Below are positions 1-11,600 of a stretch of DNA of 46,886 nucleotides, one piece after another. Origin of the DNA: Chiloscyllium plagiosum (lineage: Eukaryota). The position numbers and the translations under genes were made by a program. The notes beneath the pieces were generated by a model. The model was given only the letters and a program-made list of their open reading frames with translations. It ran no database searches and had not been told where the DNA came from. The stretch spans positions 1 through 46,886 of the forward strand of contig NW_025214588.1 of NCBI RefSeq assembly GCF_004010195.1. Reading direction: 5' to 3'. The stretch's first letter is position 1; each line of letters begins with the position of its first letter.

Positions 1-95
1 GGGTACCATTCTGGAGAATCCCTGTTGTATTATATCCAAACATAAGATGTCCAGTCAAAAGTGGAATACCCAGGACTGAACACTGTACACCTATG

Positions 96-467
96 TAGGA
101 GATTGAGGGGTGACCTTGTAGAGGTTTATAAAATCATGGTGGGTGCAGATGAGATGAATAGCAGATGTCTTTTTCCTCGGGTGGGGGATTTCATGACTAG
201 AGGGCATATTTTTAAAGTGAGAGGAGAGAGATATTAAAAAAAACATGAGGGGCATTTCTGTTCCCACAGAGCTTGGTTAGTGTGTGGAAGTAGTGAATGT
301 GGGTGCAGTTATAATGTTCAAAACACTTTTGGATAAGTACATGAATAAGAAATATTTGGATGGATACAGGCCAAGCACAGGCAGGTGAGACTAGTTTAGT
401 TTGGAATTATGTTCAGCGTGGACTGGTTGAACTAAAGAGTCTGTTTCTGTGCTGTATGACTCTACGA
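96..467 (+). mobile_element. CR1-type LINE 3' end fragment
   Basis: Decayed ORF2 C-terminus (RRLRGDLVEVYKIM...; TRGHIFKVRG...) followed by a 3'UTR ending in ctgtatgactcta; homologous to 16599-17175 and 42425-43850. Confidence 0.85.
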
Positions 468-609
468 GGTCTGATCAAGACTTTGTATAGTGTAGCAGAA
501 CTCTGTTTCTGTACCATTCTGAACTTTGTTGTTGGACTTGTCTGTGTTCATAGCCTTCTCAGTATCTAATGGTCTCCACTGTTCCCAATTTCCAACCATT
601 TAAGAAGTA

Positions 610-870
610 TAAGGACCAATGCTTCTTTTCAGTCCTAAATAGATTACTTCACACTTACCTGCACTGAAATCCATCTGCCACTGTTTCATCTACACTATTA
701 ATCTATCAAAGTGCCTTAGTAATTTTGTGCTGCTTTCCACATACTTACTACACTACCAATCTTTGTGCCATCAGCAAACGTGGATATATGGCTTTCTATT
801 GCACTATATAAATCATTAATAACTACTCTATAGTGAATAGATTCTTGTGGGACCCCACTAGTCACTTCTA
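610..870 (-). mobile_element. Old CR1-type LINE reverse-transcriptase fragment
   Basis: Minus strand reads TFADGTKIGSVV (FADDTK motif) and downstream WQMDFS-like sequence. Confidence 0.7.
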
Positions 871-2002
871 ATGAGGAATAACCAAGCACTTCCTAAGCCA
901 TGGCATTTACTTGACAAAGAAAATGTAACTGTATAAATCTTGGCTCCAGTTACATCAGACAGCCAAACTGGGGAGCAAAGACACGTAGAACCATATATTT
1001 GTCAAACGGTCACAAATGGAATGCAAATAGCTAGCCAGAGCCACTGGCAATAAGTACCATTGTTAAACAGAACTCTAAATCAATTAGAGCAAGTGTTTTA
1101 TGAGAGGAAAGGAATAGGTAGCAGTGTGCGACGCAATCAAAGGGAACATGAGCAGAATACGCTCTGCAAAAGGTCTGGAAGAATTTGGAATAAGAACATG
1201 AAGAATGTGGTGCTTTGTCGGTATTTTAATAGAATCGCACGCATCACCATTTCCAATAGGACAACCAGTTTAATTGAAAACAACTGTCCTTTGAAGATTT
1301 GATGAGTGCGCATTTTATATCCGTGACTTTAAAGTAAAACAAAATTGAAATACACACATATTCCATTGCCATTTCCCAGCATTCTGTCCTCCACTCAGAA
1401 ACTCAAGACAATTATTTATCCTAAACATATTGTTTACATGGCATTTTATTAACATTGCATGTGATTGCTTTAATTGACCACAGCAATAGCGTGGAGCTTC
1501 CCGTTTGATTTCCATCACTCTTTGCTCCCAGAGTAGCCTACATCAATGATTCCTGAAGAAGACAAACATTTGGTAATTATACTAGCGTCAGCTCCTCATG
1601 TTTACTAGGAGACAGCCAATGGCAAACATTTTCTATGAATTTATGAGACAGAATTCCAATATGTTTTCTTCATGTTTCGAGACCTGCTCCATGCAATTAA
1701 ATCATTTTGCAGTTAAATCAATGAAATTAAAATTCTTTTCTCGTAAGCATGTCTCAGCGAGTGGAAGAACTTTCGTTTAATTTTGAACTGGCCTTAATGC
1801 AGTTTTTAAAATCATTCTAAATTTCAGTTACTCAGATTAGAAGCAGATTCTAAATTTTGATAAGGACCATTCAAAATAAAACTGCGTACGTCAAACCCAT
1901 TGCTTTAAGATTAACCATTCAATGGATGTAGAATATTGGGGGAAATAAGGTGTAAGATCCAGCCAATTCCACTGAAAGGGAACAAATCATATATATGTTT
2001 AA

Positions 2003-2322
2003 GGGGAGGCAATGGCCTAGTGGTATTATTGCTGGGCTGTTAATCCAGAGATCCCAGGAAATGTCCTGGGGCCCTGGGTTTGAATGCGGCCACGGCAAAT
2101 GGTGGGATTTGCATTCAACAAAAATGTGGAATGAAGAGTCTAATGATGACAATGAATCCATTGTCTGATTGTGGGAAAAACTCATCTGGTTCACTAATGG
2201 CCTTCAGGGAAGGAAACTGCCATCCTTACCTGGTCTGGCCTACATGTGACTCCAGACCCACAGCAATATGGTTGCCCTCTGGGCGATTAGGGATGGACAC
2301 CCTCATCCCGTGAATGAACAAA
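2003..2322 (+). mobile_element. tRNA-derived SINE, second family (not HE1)
   Basis: A-box-like tggcctagtgg, B-box-like gggtttgaatgc, central ctggttcactaatg...gggaaggaaa...cctggtctggcctacatgtgactcc and tail attagggatgg...catcccgtgaatgaa; related copies at 4800-5135 (-) and 20960-21510 (+). Confidence 0.75.
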
Positions 2323-2729
2323 GTTGTAAGTCCGATGCATGACCCTAATTAACATTAAAGCAGCAAAGCTTGAAAACATCATCAGCTCTGTAGATTGAGT
2401 AATGGTGGAAAGTCTGAACTGCCTGCTGCTCCACAGTATACCTCACGCAAAGGTACTGGCCAGTCATTGTGAGTGCTAAAGATCCTATTGGCTTCATGTG
2501 AGAGGCAGCAGTGCTCCCCCAACGTCTCACAAAAACCATACAGTCTTCCCTTATACCAATGACAACACTATTATCCCATTAATACCCCCAGCCTGCAGCC
2601 CAGATCACAGTTCCATCCACTGACTGCCTCATTGTCCTCTGGCGGCACCATTCCGACTCTCACTTTCACTACTCTCCACAGGCCAAGTGGTCAATTCTCC
2701 AGCTGTAGGGCTCGTGCCTGCACAGTATT

Positions 2730-2940
2730 TGCCATTTCAGGGGATGTGGACATCACTGGCCAGTATTTATTGTCTATCCATGATTTGGGAAGATTGTGAT
2801 TTGTGTCCATTGTAGTCATTGGTGGATAGATAGATTCACAGTGCTGTTCAGAAGGTGGTTCTACACCCAGTGACTGGGAAGGAATAATGATGCAGTTTCA
2901 AGTCAGGATGGTCTGTGGCTTGGAGGGAAACTTGATAACA
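2730..2940 (-). mobile_element. LINE 3'-end fragment (CR1/L2-type family sharing its tail with the second SINE family)
   Basis: Matches 4045-4555 and 34230-34510 (aagtcaggatggt...tggagggaaactt). Confidence 0.55.
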
Positions 2941-2957
2941 TTACCATTTACACTCTT

Positions 2958-3872
2958 AGAGTCGTAGAATAATGCAGCATGGAAACAGGCCCTTCAGCCC
3001 AAACTGGTCCATGCTGACTGTGGTGCCCACTCAGCTAGTTCCAATTGCCCACATTTGGTCCATATTCCTCCATACCCTTCCTATCCATGTATCTATCCAA
3101 ATGTTTTTTAAATGTTACTATTGTCTGCCTCAACCATTTTCTCTGGCAGCCCACTCTCTGCATGAAGAAATTGCCCCTCAGGTCCTTCCTAAATCTTTCC
3201 CCTCTCACCTTAAACCTATGCCCTCTAGTTTTCAATTCCCCATCTCTGGGAAAAAGACTATATGCATTCATCCTATCTATGCCCCCCATGATCTTATACA
3301 CCTCAATAAGGTCACCCCTCATTCTTCTACGTTCCAAGGAATAAAGTCCTATCCTGGTCAACCTCTCCCTATAACTCAGGCCTACTAGACCTGGAAACAT
3401 CCTCGTAAATCTTCTTTACACTCTTTCCAGTTTAACTATGTCTTTCCTATAACAGGGCGACCAAAACTGTACACAATACTCCAAGTGCAGTCTCACCAAT
3501 GACTTAAACAACTAGAACGGAACATCCCAACTCCTATAGTCAATGCCTTGACTAATGAAGGCCAGCATGCTAACTGCTTTCTTCACCACCCTGTCTACCT
3601 GTGACACCACTTTCAACGAACTATGTAGTTTGTACTCCTAGGTCCTTCTGTTCCACAACACTATTCAGGACCTTATCATTTACTTGGTTTGACTTTCCAA
3701 AGTGCAACACCTCATACTTATTTGTATTGAATTGCATTTACCCACCCTCAGCCCACTTCCCCATCTGAACAGGATCCCCCTGTAAGTTTTGATCACCTTC
3801 AGGCTTTCAATGAGACCTCCTGATTTTGTATCATTCACCAACTTACTAATCATACCTTGTACATTCACATCC
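2958..3872 (-). mobile_element. 5'-truncated CR1-type LINE (RT C-terminal part plus 3'UTR)
   Basis: ORFs 3680-3868 (ISKLVNDTK, decayed FADDTK) and 3035-3400 (GLSYRERL...RRMRGDLIEVYKIM...TRGHRFKV). Confidence 0.9.
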
Positions 3873-4044
3873 TGATCTGTAAGTGTTGGATGCCCATGGG
3901 CTTTTAGGTGATAGGGGTCGAGGGGTTGTAAAATGCTGTCATAGAAGCCTCGGTGGGTTGGATATTTAGACAGTACTCAGTGCTACGATGTGTGTTAATG
4001 TGGAGAGAATGAATGTTAAGGTACTGGATGATGTGCCAATTTAG

Positions 4045-4555
4045 TATTTTTATGAATTCACTCAAGAATGTGGTCATCGCTGACAGTGTTCTTAGTTGCC
4101 CTTGAGAAGTTGCCTACTTGAACCACTGCAATCAGTTTAGAAATGGAGGTAGACCCATAATGCCAATAAGAAGGGAATTCCAGGACCATATCCAAGTGAT
4201 AATGAAGGAACGGTGATATGTTTCCACGTCAGGATGGTGAGTGGGTTGGAGGGGAACTTGCAGATGGTGGTGTTCCCATGTATCTGCTGCCCTTGGCTTT
4301 CTTGAGAGATTGTATTGGTGTGGTCTGAGGATCATTAGCAAAGTTATGCAGTTTACCTTGTTGGCATTGAGCGTCGATGGTGGAGGGAGTGGATGCTTGT
4401 GGATGTGGTGCCAATCAAGTGGGCTACTTTGTCCCGGGTGGTATCAAGCTTCTTGAGTGTTGGAGCTGCCCCCATCCAGACGAGTGGGGAGTATTCCGTC
4501 AGGATGACCTGTGCCTTGTAGATGGTGGAGAGGCTTCAGGAGTCAGCAGGTGAGG
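4045..4555 (-). mobile_element. LINE 3' region fragment (CR1/L2-type, second family)
   Basis: Recurrent sequence (TWEHHHLQVP-like frame; gtggttcaag...cttctcaagggcaact) also seen at 22800-23160 (+) and 34230-34510 (-). Confidence 0.65.
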
Positions 4556-4799
4556 AACGACAGATTCAGGGATGGTGATGGTGATGTCTGGGCCATTGCC
4601 ATTTTCACTGAATTGTACCTTATAGATAACATCAGACTGTTTCTTGCCGAGCCTGTGAGACAACTCTCCCTATTTTGGCAATAGCCCCCAGAGGTTAATA
4701 AGGGGGACTTTGCAGGGTCATCAGGGCTGTTTCTGCTGTTGTTTCCAGTGCTTTATTTGATGTCAGTGGTCCATGTGTCTTTATTCCTGTTTGCTTTTC

Positions 4800-5135
4800 A
4801 AACAGTTGATAAAACTGAGTCGCTTGCTCGGTCATTCCAGAGGGCAGTTAAGAGTCAACGACATTGCTATGGATCAGGAATCACATGTGGGCCAGACCAG
4901 GTCACAGGACAGCAGTTTCCTTGCCTGAAGGACTATTAGTGAACCAAATGGGTTTTCCCTGACAATTGACAATGGTTTTGTGATCGTCATTAGTCGTTTA
5001 CCTCCAGAAGTATTTTCATTGAATTCAAATTCCACAATCTGCCACGGCAGGATTTAAATCTAGGTCCACAGAACATTACCTGGGTCTCAGGATTGATAAT
5101 CCAATGACAATAACACTAAGCCATCAACTTCCCAA
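4800..5135 (-). mobile_element. tRNA-derived SINE, second family
   Basis: Reverse complement of the 2003-2322 element (attagtgaacca...; ccagaccagg...; cactaagccatcaacttccc). Confidence 0.75.
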
Positions 5136-5369
5136 GTGGGGACATGTGCCTTGGATTGTGTCAGGATTCCTGAGAGTCTCGGCTGCACTCATCCAGGAAA
5201 GTACAGAGTATTCCATCGTGCTCCTGATTTGTGCTTTGTTGATCGGGAGAGGTTAAGGGGTAGTCAGGAGCTCATTCACCTATTGCAGAATTTTCAGCCT
5301 GAAGCTATAAGCATTAAAAAACATTGGCCTAGTCTAATTCCAGGAGTGTAATAACTCCAGATTATAGAC

Positions 5370-5677
5370 AGCATTGATAATGCTTGAACTAGTGTGATGT
5401 GAATGTTACTTAATACTTAATCATCCAGGTCACAATCCCACCGCTGATCACTATCTCGTAATGGTCATCACTGTGGTGGAATTCAATCCTAGGTCCCCAG
5501 ATCATTTCCTGGGTCCTTTGATTAGCATTGATAATGCTTGAACTAGTGTGATGTGAATGTTACTTAACACTAAATCATCCCGGTCACAATCCCACCGCTG
5601 ATCACTATCTCGTAATGGTCATCACTGTGGTGGAATTCAATCCTAGGTCCCCAGATCATTTCCTGGGTCCTTTGATT
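5370..5677. repeat. 154-bp tandem duplication (5370-5523 and 5524-5677)
   Basis: Two adjacent copies starting agcattgataatgcttgaactag and ending cctgggtcctttgatt, about 3 substitutions apart; each ends in a minus-strand SINE 5' fragment. Confidence 0.95.
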
Positions 5678-5681
5678 AACA

Positions 5682-8600
5682 CTCCCGTGTTAATATCACT
5701 CAACTGTCACCTCCTCCCGTGTTAATATCACTCAACTGTCACCTCCTCCCATGTTAATATCACTCAACTGTCACCTCCTCCCATGTTAATATCACTCAGC
5801 CGTCACCTCCTCCCGTGTTAATATCACTCAGCCGTCACCTCCTCCCGTGTTAATATCACTCAGCCGTCACCTCCTCCCGTGTTAATATCACTCAGCCGTC
5901 ACCTCCTCCCGTGTTAATATCACTCAGCCGTCACCTCCTCCCGTGTTAATATCACTCAGCCGTCACCTCCTCCCGTGTTAATATCACTCAGCCGTCACCT
6001 CCTCCCGTGTTAATATCACTCAGCCGTCACCTCCTCCCGTGTTAATATCACTCAGCCGTCACCTCCTCCCGTGTTAATATCACTCAGCCGTCACCTCCTC
6101 CCGTGTTAATATCACTCAGCCGTCACCTCCTCCCGTGTTAATATCACTCAGCCGTCACCTCCTCCCGTGTTAATATCACTCAGCCGTCACCTCCTCCCGT
6201 GTTAATATCACTCAGCCGTCACCTCCTCCCGTGTTAATATCACTCAGCCGTCACCTCCTCCCGTGTTAATATCACTCAGCCGTCACCTCCTCCCGTGTTA
6301 ATATCACTCAGCCGTCACCTCCTCCCGTGTTAATATCACTCAGCCGTCACCTCCTCCCGTGTTAATATCACTCAGCCGTCACCTCCTCCCGTGTTAATAT
6401 CACTCAGCCGTCACCTCCTCCCGTGTTAATATCACTCAGCCGTCACCTCCTCCCGTGTTAATATCACTCAGCCGTCACCTCCTCCCGTGTTAATATCACT
6501 CAGCCGTCACCTCCTCCCGTGTTAATATCACTCAGCCGTCACCTCCTCCCGTGTTAATATCACTCAGCCGTCACCTCCTCCCGTGTTAATATCACTCAGC
6601 CGTCACCTCCTCCCGTGTTAATATCACTCAGCCGTCACCTCCTCCCGTGTTAATATCACTCAGCCGTCACCTCCTCCCGTGTTAATATCACTCAGCCGTC
6701 ACCTCCTCCCGTGTTAATATCACTCAGCCGTCACCTCCTCCCGTGTTAATATCACTCAGCCGTCACCTCCTCCCGTGTTAATATCACTCAGCCGTCACCT
6801 CCTCCCGTGTTAATATCACTCAGCCGTCACCTCCTCCCGTGTTAATATCACTCAGCCGTCACCTCCTCCCGTGTTAATATCACTCAGCCGTCACCTCCTC
6901 CCGTGTTAATATCACTCAGCCGTCACCTCCTCCCGTGTTAATATCACTCAGCCGTCACCTCCTCCCGTGTTAATATCACTCAGCCGTCACCTCCTCCCGT
7001 GTTAATATCACTCAGCCGTCACCTCCTCCCGTGTTAATATCACTCAGCCGTCACCTCCTCCCGTGTTAATATCACTCAGCCGTCACCTCCTCCCGTGTTA
7101 ATATCACTCAGCCGTCACCTCCTCCCGTGTTAATATCACTCAGCCGTCACCTCCTCCCGTGTTAATATCACTCAGCCGTCACCTCCTCCCGTGTTAATAT
7201 CACTCAGCCGTCACCTCCTCCCGTGTTAATATCACTCAGCCGTCACCTCCTCCCGTGTTAATATCACTCAGCCGTCACCTCCTCCCGTGTTAATATCACT
7301 CAGCCGTCACCTCCTCCCGTGTTAATATCACTCAGCCGTCACCTCCTCCCGTGTTAATATCACTCAGCCGTCACCTCCTCCCGTGTTAATATCACTCAGC
7401 CGTCACCTCCTCCCGTGTTAATATCACTCAGCCGTCACCTCCTCCCGTGTTAATATCACTCAGCCGTCACCTCCTCCCGTGTTAATATCACTCAGCCGTC
7501 ACCTCCTCCCGTGTTAATATCACTCAGCCGTCACCTCCTCCCGTGTTAATATCACTCAGCCGTCACCTCCTCCCGTGTTAATATCACTCAGCCGTCACCT
7601 CCTCCCGTGTTAATATCACTCAGCCGTCACCTCCTCCCGTGTTAATATCACTCAGCCGTCACCTCCTCCCGTGTTAATATCACTCAGCCGTCACCTCCTC
7701 CCGTGTTAATATCACTCAGCCGTCACCTCCTCCCGTGTTAATATCACTCAGCCGTCACCTCCTCCCGTGTTAATATCACTCAGCCGTCACCTCCTCCCGT
7801 GTTAATATCACTCAGCCGTCACCTCCTCCCGTGTTAATATCACTCAGCCGTCACCTCCTCCCGTGTTAATATCACTCAGCCGTCACCTCCTCCCGTGTTA
7901 ATATCACTCAGCCGTCACCTCCTCCCGTGTTAATATCACTCAGCCGTCACCTCCTCCCGTGTTAATATCACTCAGCCGTCACCTCCTCCCGTGTTAATAT
8001 CACTCAGCCGTCACCTCCTCCCGTGTTAATATCACTCAGCCGTCACCTCCTCCCGTGTTAATATCACTCAGCCGTCACCTCCTCCCGTGTTAATATCACT
8101 CAGCCGTCACCTCCTCCCGTGTTAATATCACTCAGCCGTCACCTCCTCCCGTGTTAATATCACTCAGCCGTCACCTCCTCCCGTGTTAATATCACTCAGC
8201 CGTCACCTCCTCCCGTGTTAATATCACTCAGCCGTCACCTCCTCCCGTGTTAATATCACTCAGCCGTCACCTCCTCCCGTGTTAATATCACTCAGCCGTC
8301 ACCTCCTCCCGTGTTAATATCACTCAGCCGTCACCTCCTCCCGTGTTAATATCACTCAGCCGTCACCTCCTCCCGTGTTAATATCACTCAGCCGTCACCT
8401 CCTCCCGTGTTAATATCACTCAGCCGTCACCTCCTCCCGTGTTAATATCACTCAGCCGTCACCTCCTCCCGTGTTAATATCACTCAGCCGTCACCTCCTC
8501 CCGTGTTAATATCACTCAGCCGTCACCTCCTCCCGTGTTAATATCACTCAGCCGTCACCTCCTCCCGTGTTAATATCACTCAGCCGTCACCTCCTCCCGT

Positions 8601-11600
8601 GTTAATATCACTCAGCCGTCACCTCCTCCCGTGTTAATATCACTCAGCCGTCACCTCCTCCCGTGTTAATATCACTCAGCCGTCACCTCCTCCCGTGTTA
8701 ATATCACTCAGCCGTCACCTCCTCCCGTGTTAATATCACTCAGCCGTCACCTCCTCCCGTGTTAATATCACTCAGCCGTCACCTCCTCCCGTGTTAATAT
8801 CACTCAGCCGTCACCTCCTCCCGTGTTAATATCACTCAGCCGTCACCTCCTCCCGTGTTAATATCACTCAGCCGTCACCTCCTCCCGTGTTAATATCACT
8901 CAGCCGTCACCTCCTCCCGTGTTAATATCACTCAGCCGTCACCTCCTCCCGTGTTAATATCACTCAGCCGTCACCTCCTCCCGTGTTAATATCACTCAGC
9001 CGTCACCTCCTCCCGTGTTAATATCACTCAGCCGTCACCTCCTCCCGTGTTAATATCACTCAGCCGTCACCTCCTCCCGTGTTAATATCACTCAGCCGTC
9101 ACCTCCTCCCGTGTTAATATCACTCAGCCGTCACCTCCTCCCGTGTTAATATCACTCAGCCGTCACCTCCTCCCGTGTTAATATCACTCAGCCGTCACCT
9201 CCTCCCGTGTTAATATCACTCAGCCGTCACCTCCTCCCGTGTTAATATCACTCAGCCGTCACCTCCTCCCGTGTTAATATCACTCAGCCGTCACCTCCTC
9301 CCGTGTTAATATCACTCAGCCGTCACCTCCTCCCGTGTTAATATCACTCAGCCGTCACCTCCTCCCGTGTTAATATCACTCAGCCGTCACCTCCTCCCGT
9401 GTTAATATCACTCAGCCGTCACCTCCTCCCGTGTTAATATCACTCAGCCGTCACCTCCTCCCGTGTTAATATCACTCAGCCGTCACCTCCTCCCGTGTTA
9501 ATATCACTCAGCCGTCACCTCCTCCCGTGTTAATATCACTCAGCCGTCACCTCCTCCCGTGTTAATATCACTCAGCCGTCACCTCCTCCCGTGTTAATAT
9601 CACTCAGCCGTCACCTCCTCCCGTGTTAATATCACTCAGCCGTCACCTCCTCCCGTGTTAATATCACTCAGCCGTCACCTCCTCCCGTGTTAATATCACT
9701 CAGCCGTCACCTCCTCCCGTGTTAATATCACTCAGCCGTCACCTCCTCCCGTGTTAATATCACTCAGCCGTCACCTCCTCCCGTGTTAATATCACTCAGC
9801 CGTCACCTCCTCCCGTGTTAATATCACTCAGCCGTCACCTCCTCCCGTGTTAATATCACTCAGCCGTCACCTCCTCCCGTGTTAATATCACTCAGCCGTC
9901 ACCTCCTCCCGTGTTAATATCACTCAGCCGTCACCTCCTCCCGTGTTAATATCACTCAGCCGTCACCTCCTCCCGTGTTAATATCACTCAGCCGTCACCT
10001 CCTCCCGTGTTAATATCACTCAGCCGTCACCTCCTCCCGTGTTAATATCACTCAGCCGTCACCTCCTCCCGTGTTAATATCACTCAGCCGTCACCTCCTC
10101 CCGTGTTAATATCACTCAGCCGTCACCTCCTCCCGTGTTAATATCACTCAGCCGTCACCTCCTCCCGTGTTAATATCACTCAGCCGTCACCTCCTCCCGT
10201 GTTAATATCACTCAGCCGTCACCTCCTCCCGTGTTAATATCACTCAGCCGTCACCTCCTCCCGTGTTAATATCACTCAGCCGTCACCTCCTCCCGTGTTA
10301 ATATCACTCAGCCGTCACCTCCTCCCGTGTTAATATCACTCAGCCGTCACCTCCTCCCGTGTTAATATCACTCAGCCGTCACCTCCTCCCGTGTTAATAT
10401 CACTCAGCCGTCACCTCCTCCCGTGTTAATATCACTCAGCCGTCACCTCCTCCCGTGTTAATATCACTCAGCCGTCACCTCCTCCCGTGTTAATATCACT
10501 CAGCCGTCACCTCCTCCCGTGTTAATATCACTCAGCCGTCACCTCCTCCCGTGTTAATATCACTCAGCCGTCACCTCCTCCCGTGTTAATATCACTCAGC
10601 CGTCACCTCCTCCCGTGTTAATATCACTCAGCCGTCACCTCCTCCCGTGTTAATATCACTCAGCCGTCACCTCCTCCCGTGTTAATATCACTCAGCCGTC
10701 ACCTCCTCCCGTGTTAATATCACTCAGCCGTCACCTCCTCCCGTGTTAATATCACTCAGCCGTCACCTCCTCCCGTGTTAATATCACTCAGCCGTCACCT
10801 CCTCCCGTGTTAATATCACTCAGCCGTCACCTCCTCCCGTGTTAATATCACTCAGCCGTCACCTCCTCCCGTGTTAATATCACTCAGCCGTCACCTCCTC
10901 CCGTGTTAATATCACTCAGCCGTCACCTCCTCCCGTGTTAATATCACTCAGCCGTCACCTCCTCCCGTGTTAATATCACTCAGCCGTCACCTCCTCCCGT
11001 GTTAATATCACTCAGCCGTCACCTCCTCCCGTGTTAATATCACTCAGCCGTCACCTCCTCCCGTGTTAATATCACTCAGCCGTCACCTCCTCCCGTGTTA
11101 ATATCACTCAGCCGTCACCTCCTCCCGTGTTAATATCACTCAGCCGTCACCTCCTCCCGTGTTAATATCACTCAGCCGTCACCTCCTCCCGTGTTAATAT
11201 CACTCAGCCGTCACCTCCTCCCGTGTTAATATCACTCAGCCGTCACCTCCTCCCGTGTTAATATCACTCAGCCGTCACCTCCTCCCGTGTTAATATCACT
11301 CAGCCGTCACCTCCTCCCGTGTTAATATCACTCAGCCGTCACCTCCTCCCGTGTTAATATCACTCAGCCGTCACCTCCTCCCGTGTTAATATCACTCAGC
11401 CGTCACCTCCTCCCGTGTTAATATCACTCAGCCGTCACCTCCTCCCGTGTTAATATCACTCAGCCGTCACCTCCTCCCGTGTTAATATCACTCAGCCGTC
11501 ACCTCCTCCCGTGTTAATATCACTCAGCCGTCACCTCCTCCCGTGTTAATATCACTCAGCCGTCACCTCCTCCCGTGTTAATATCACTCAGCCGTCACCT

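Noticed and set aside
1548..1572. cctgaagaag as another hammerhead core
   Set aside because: No stem II and no correctly placed GAAA follow
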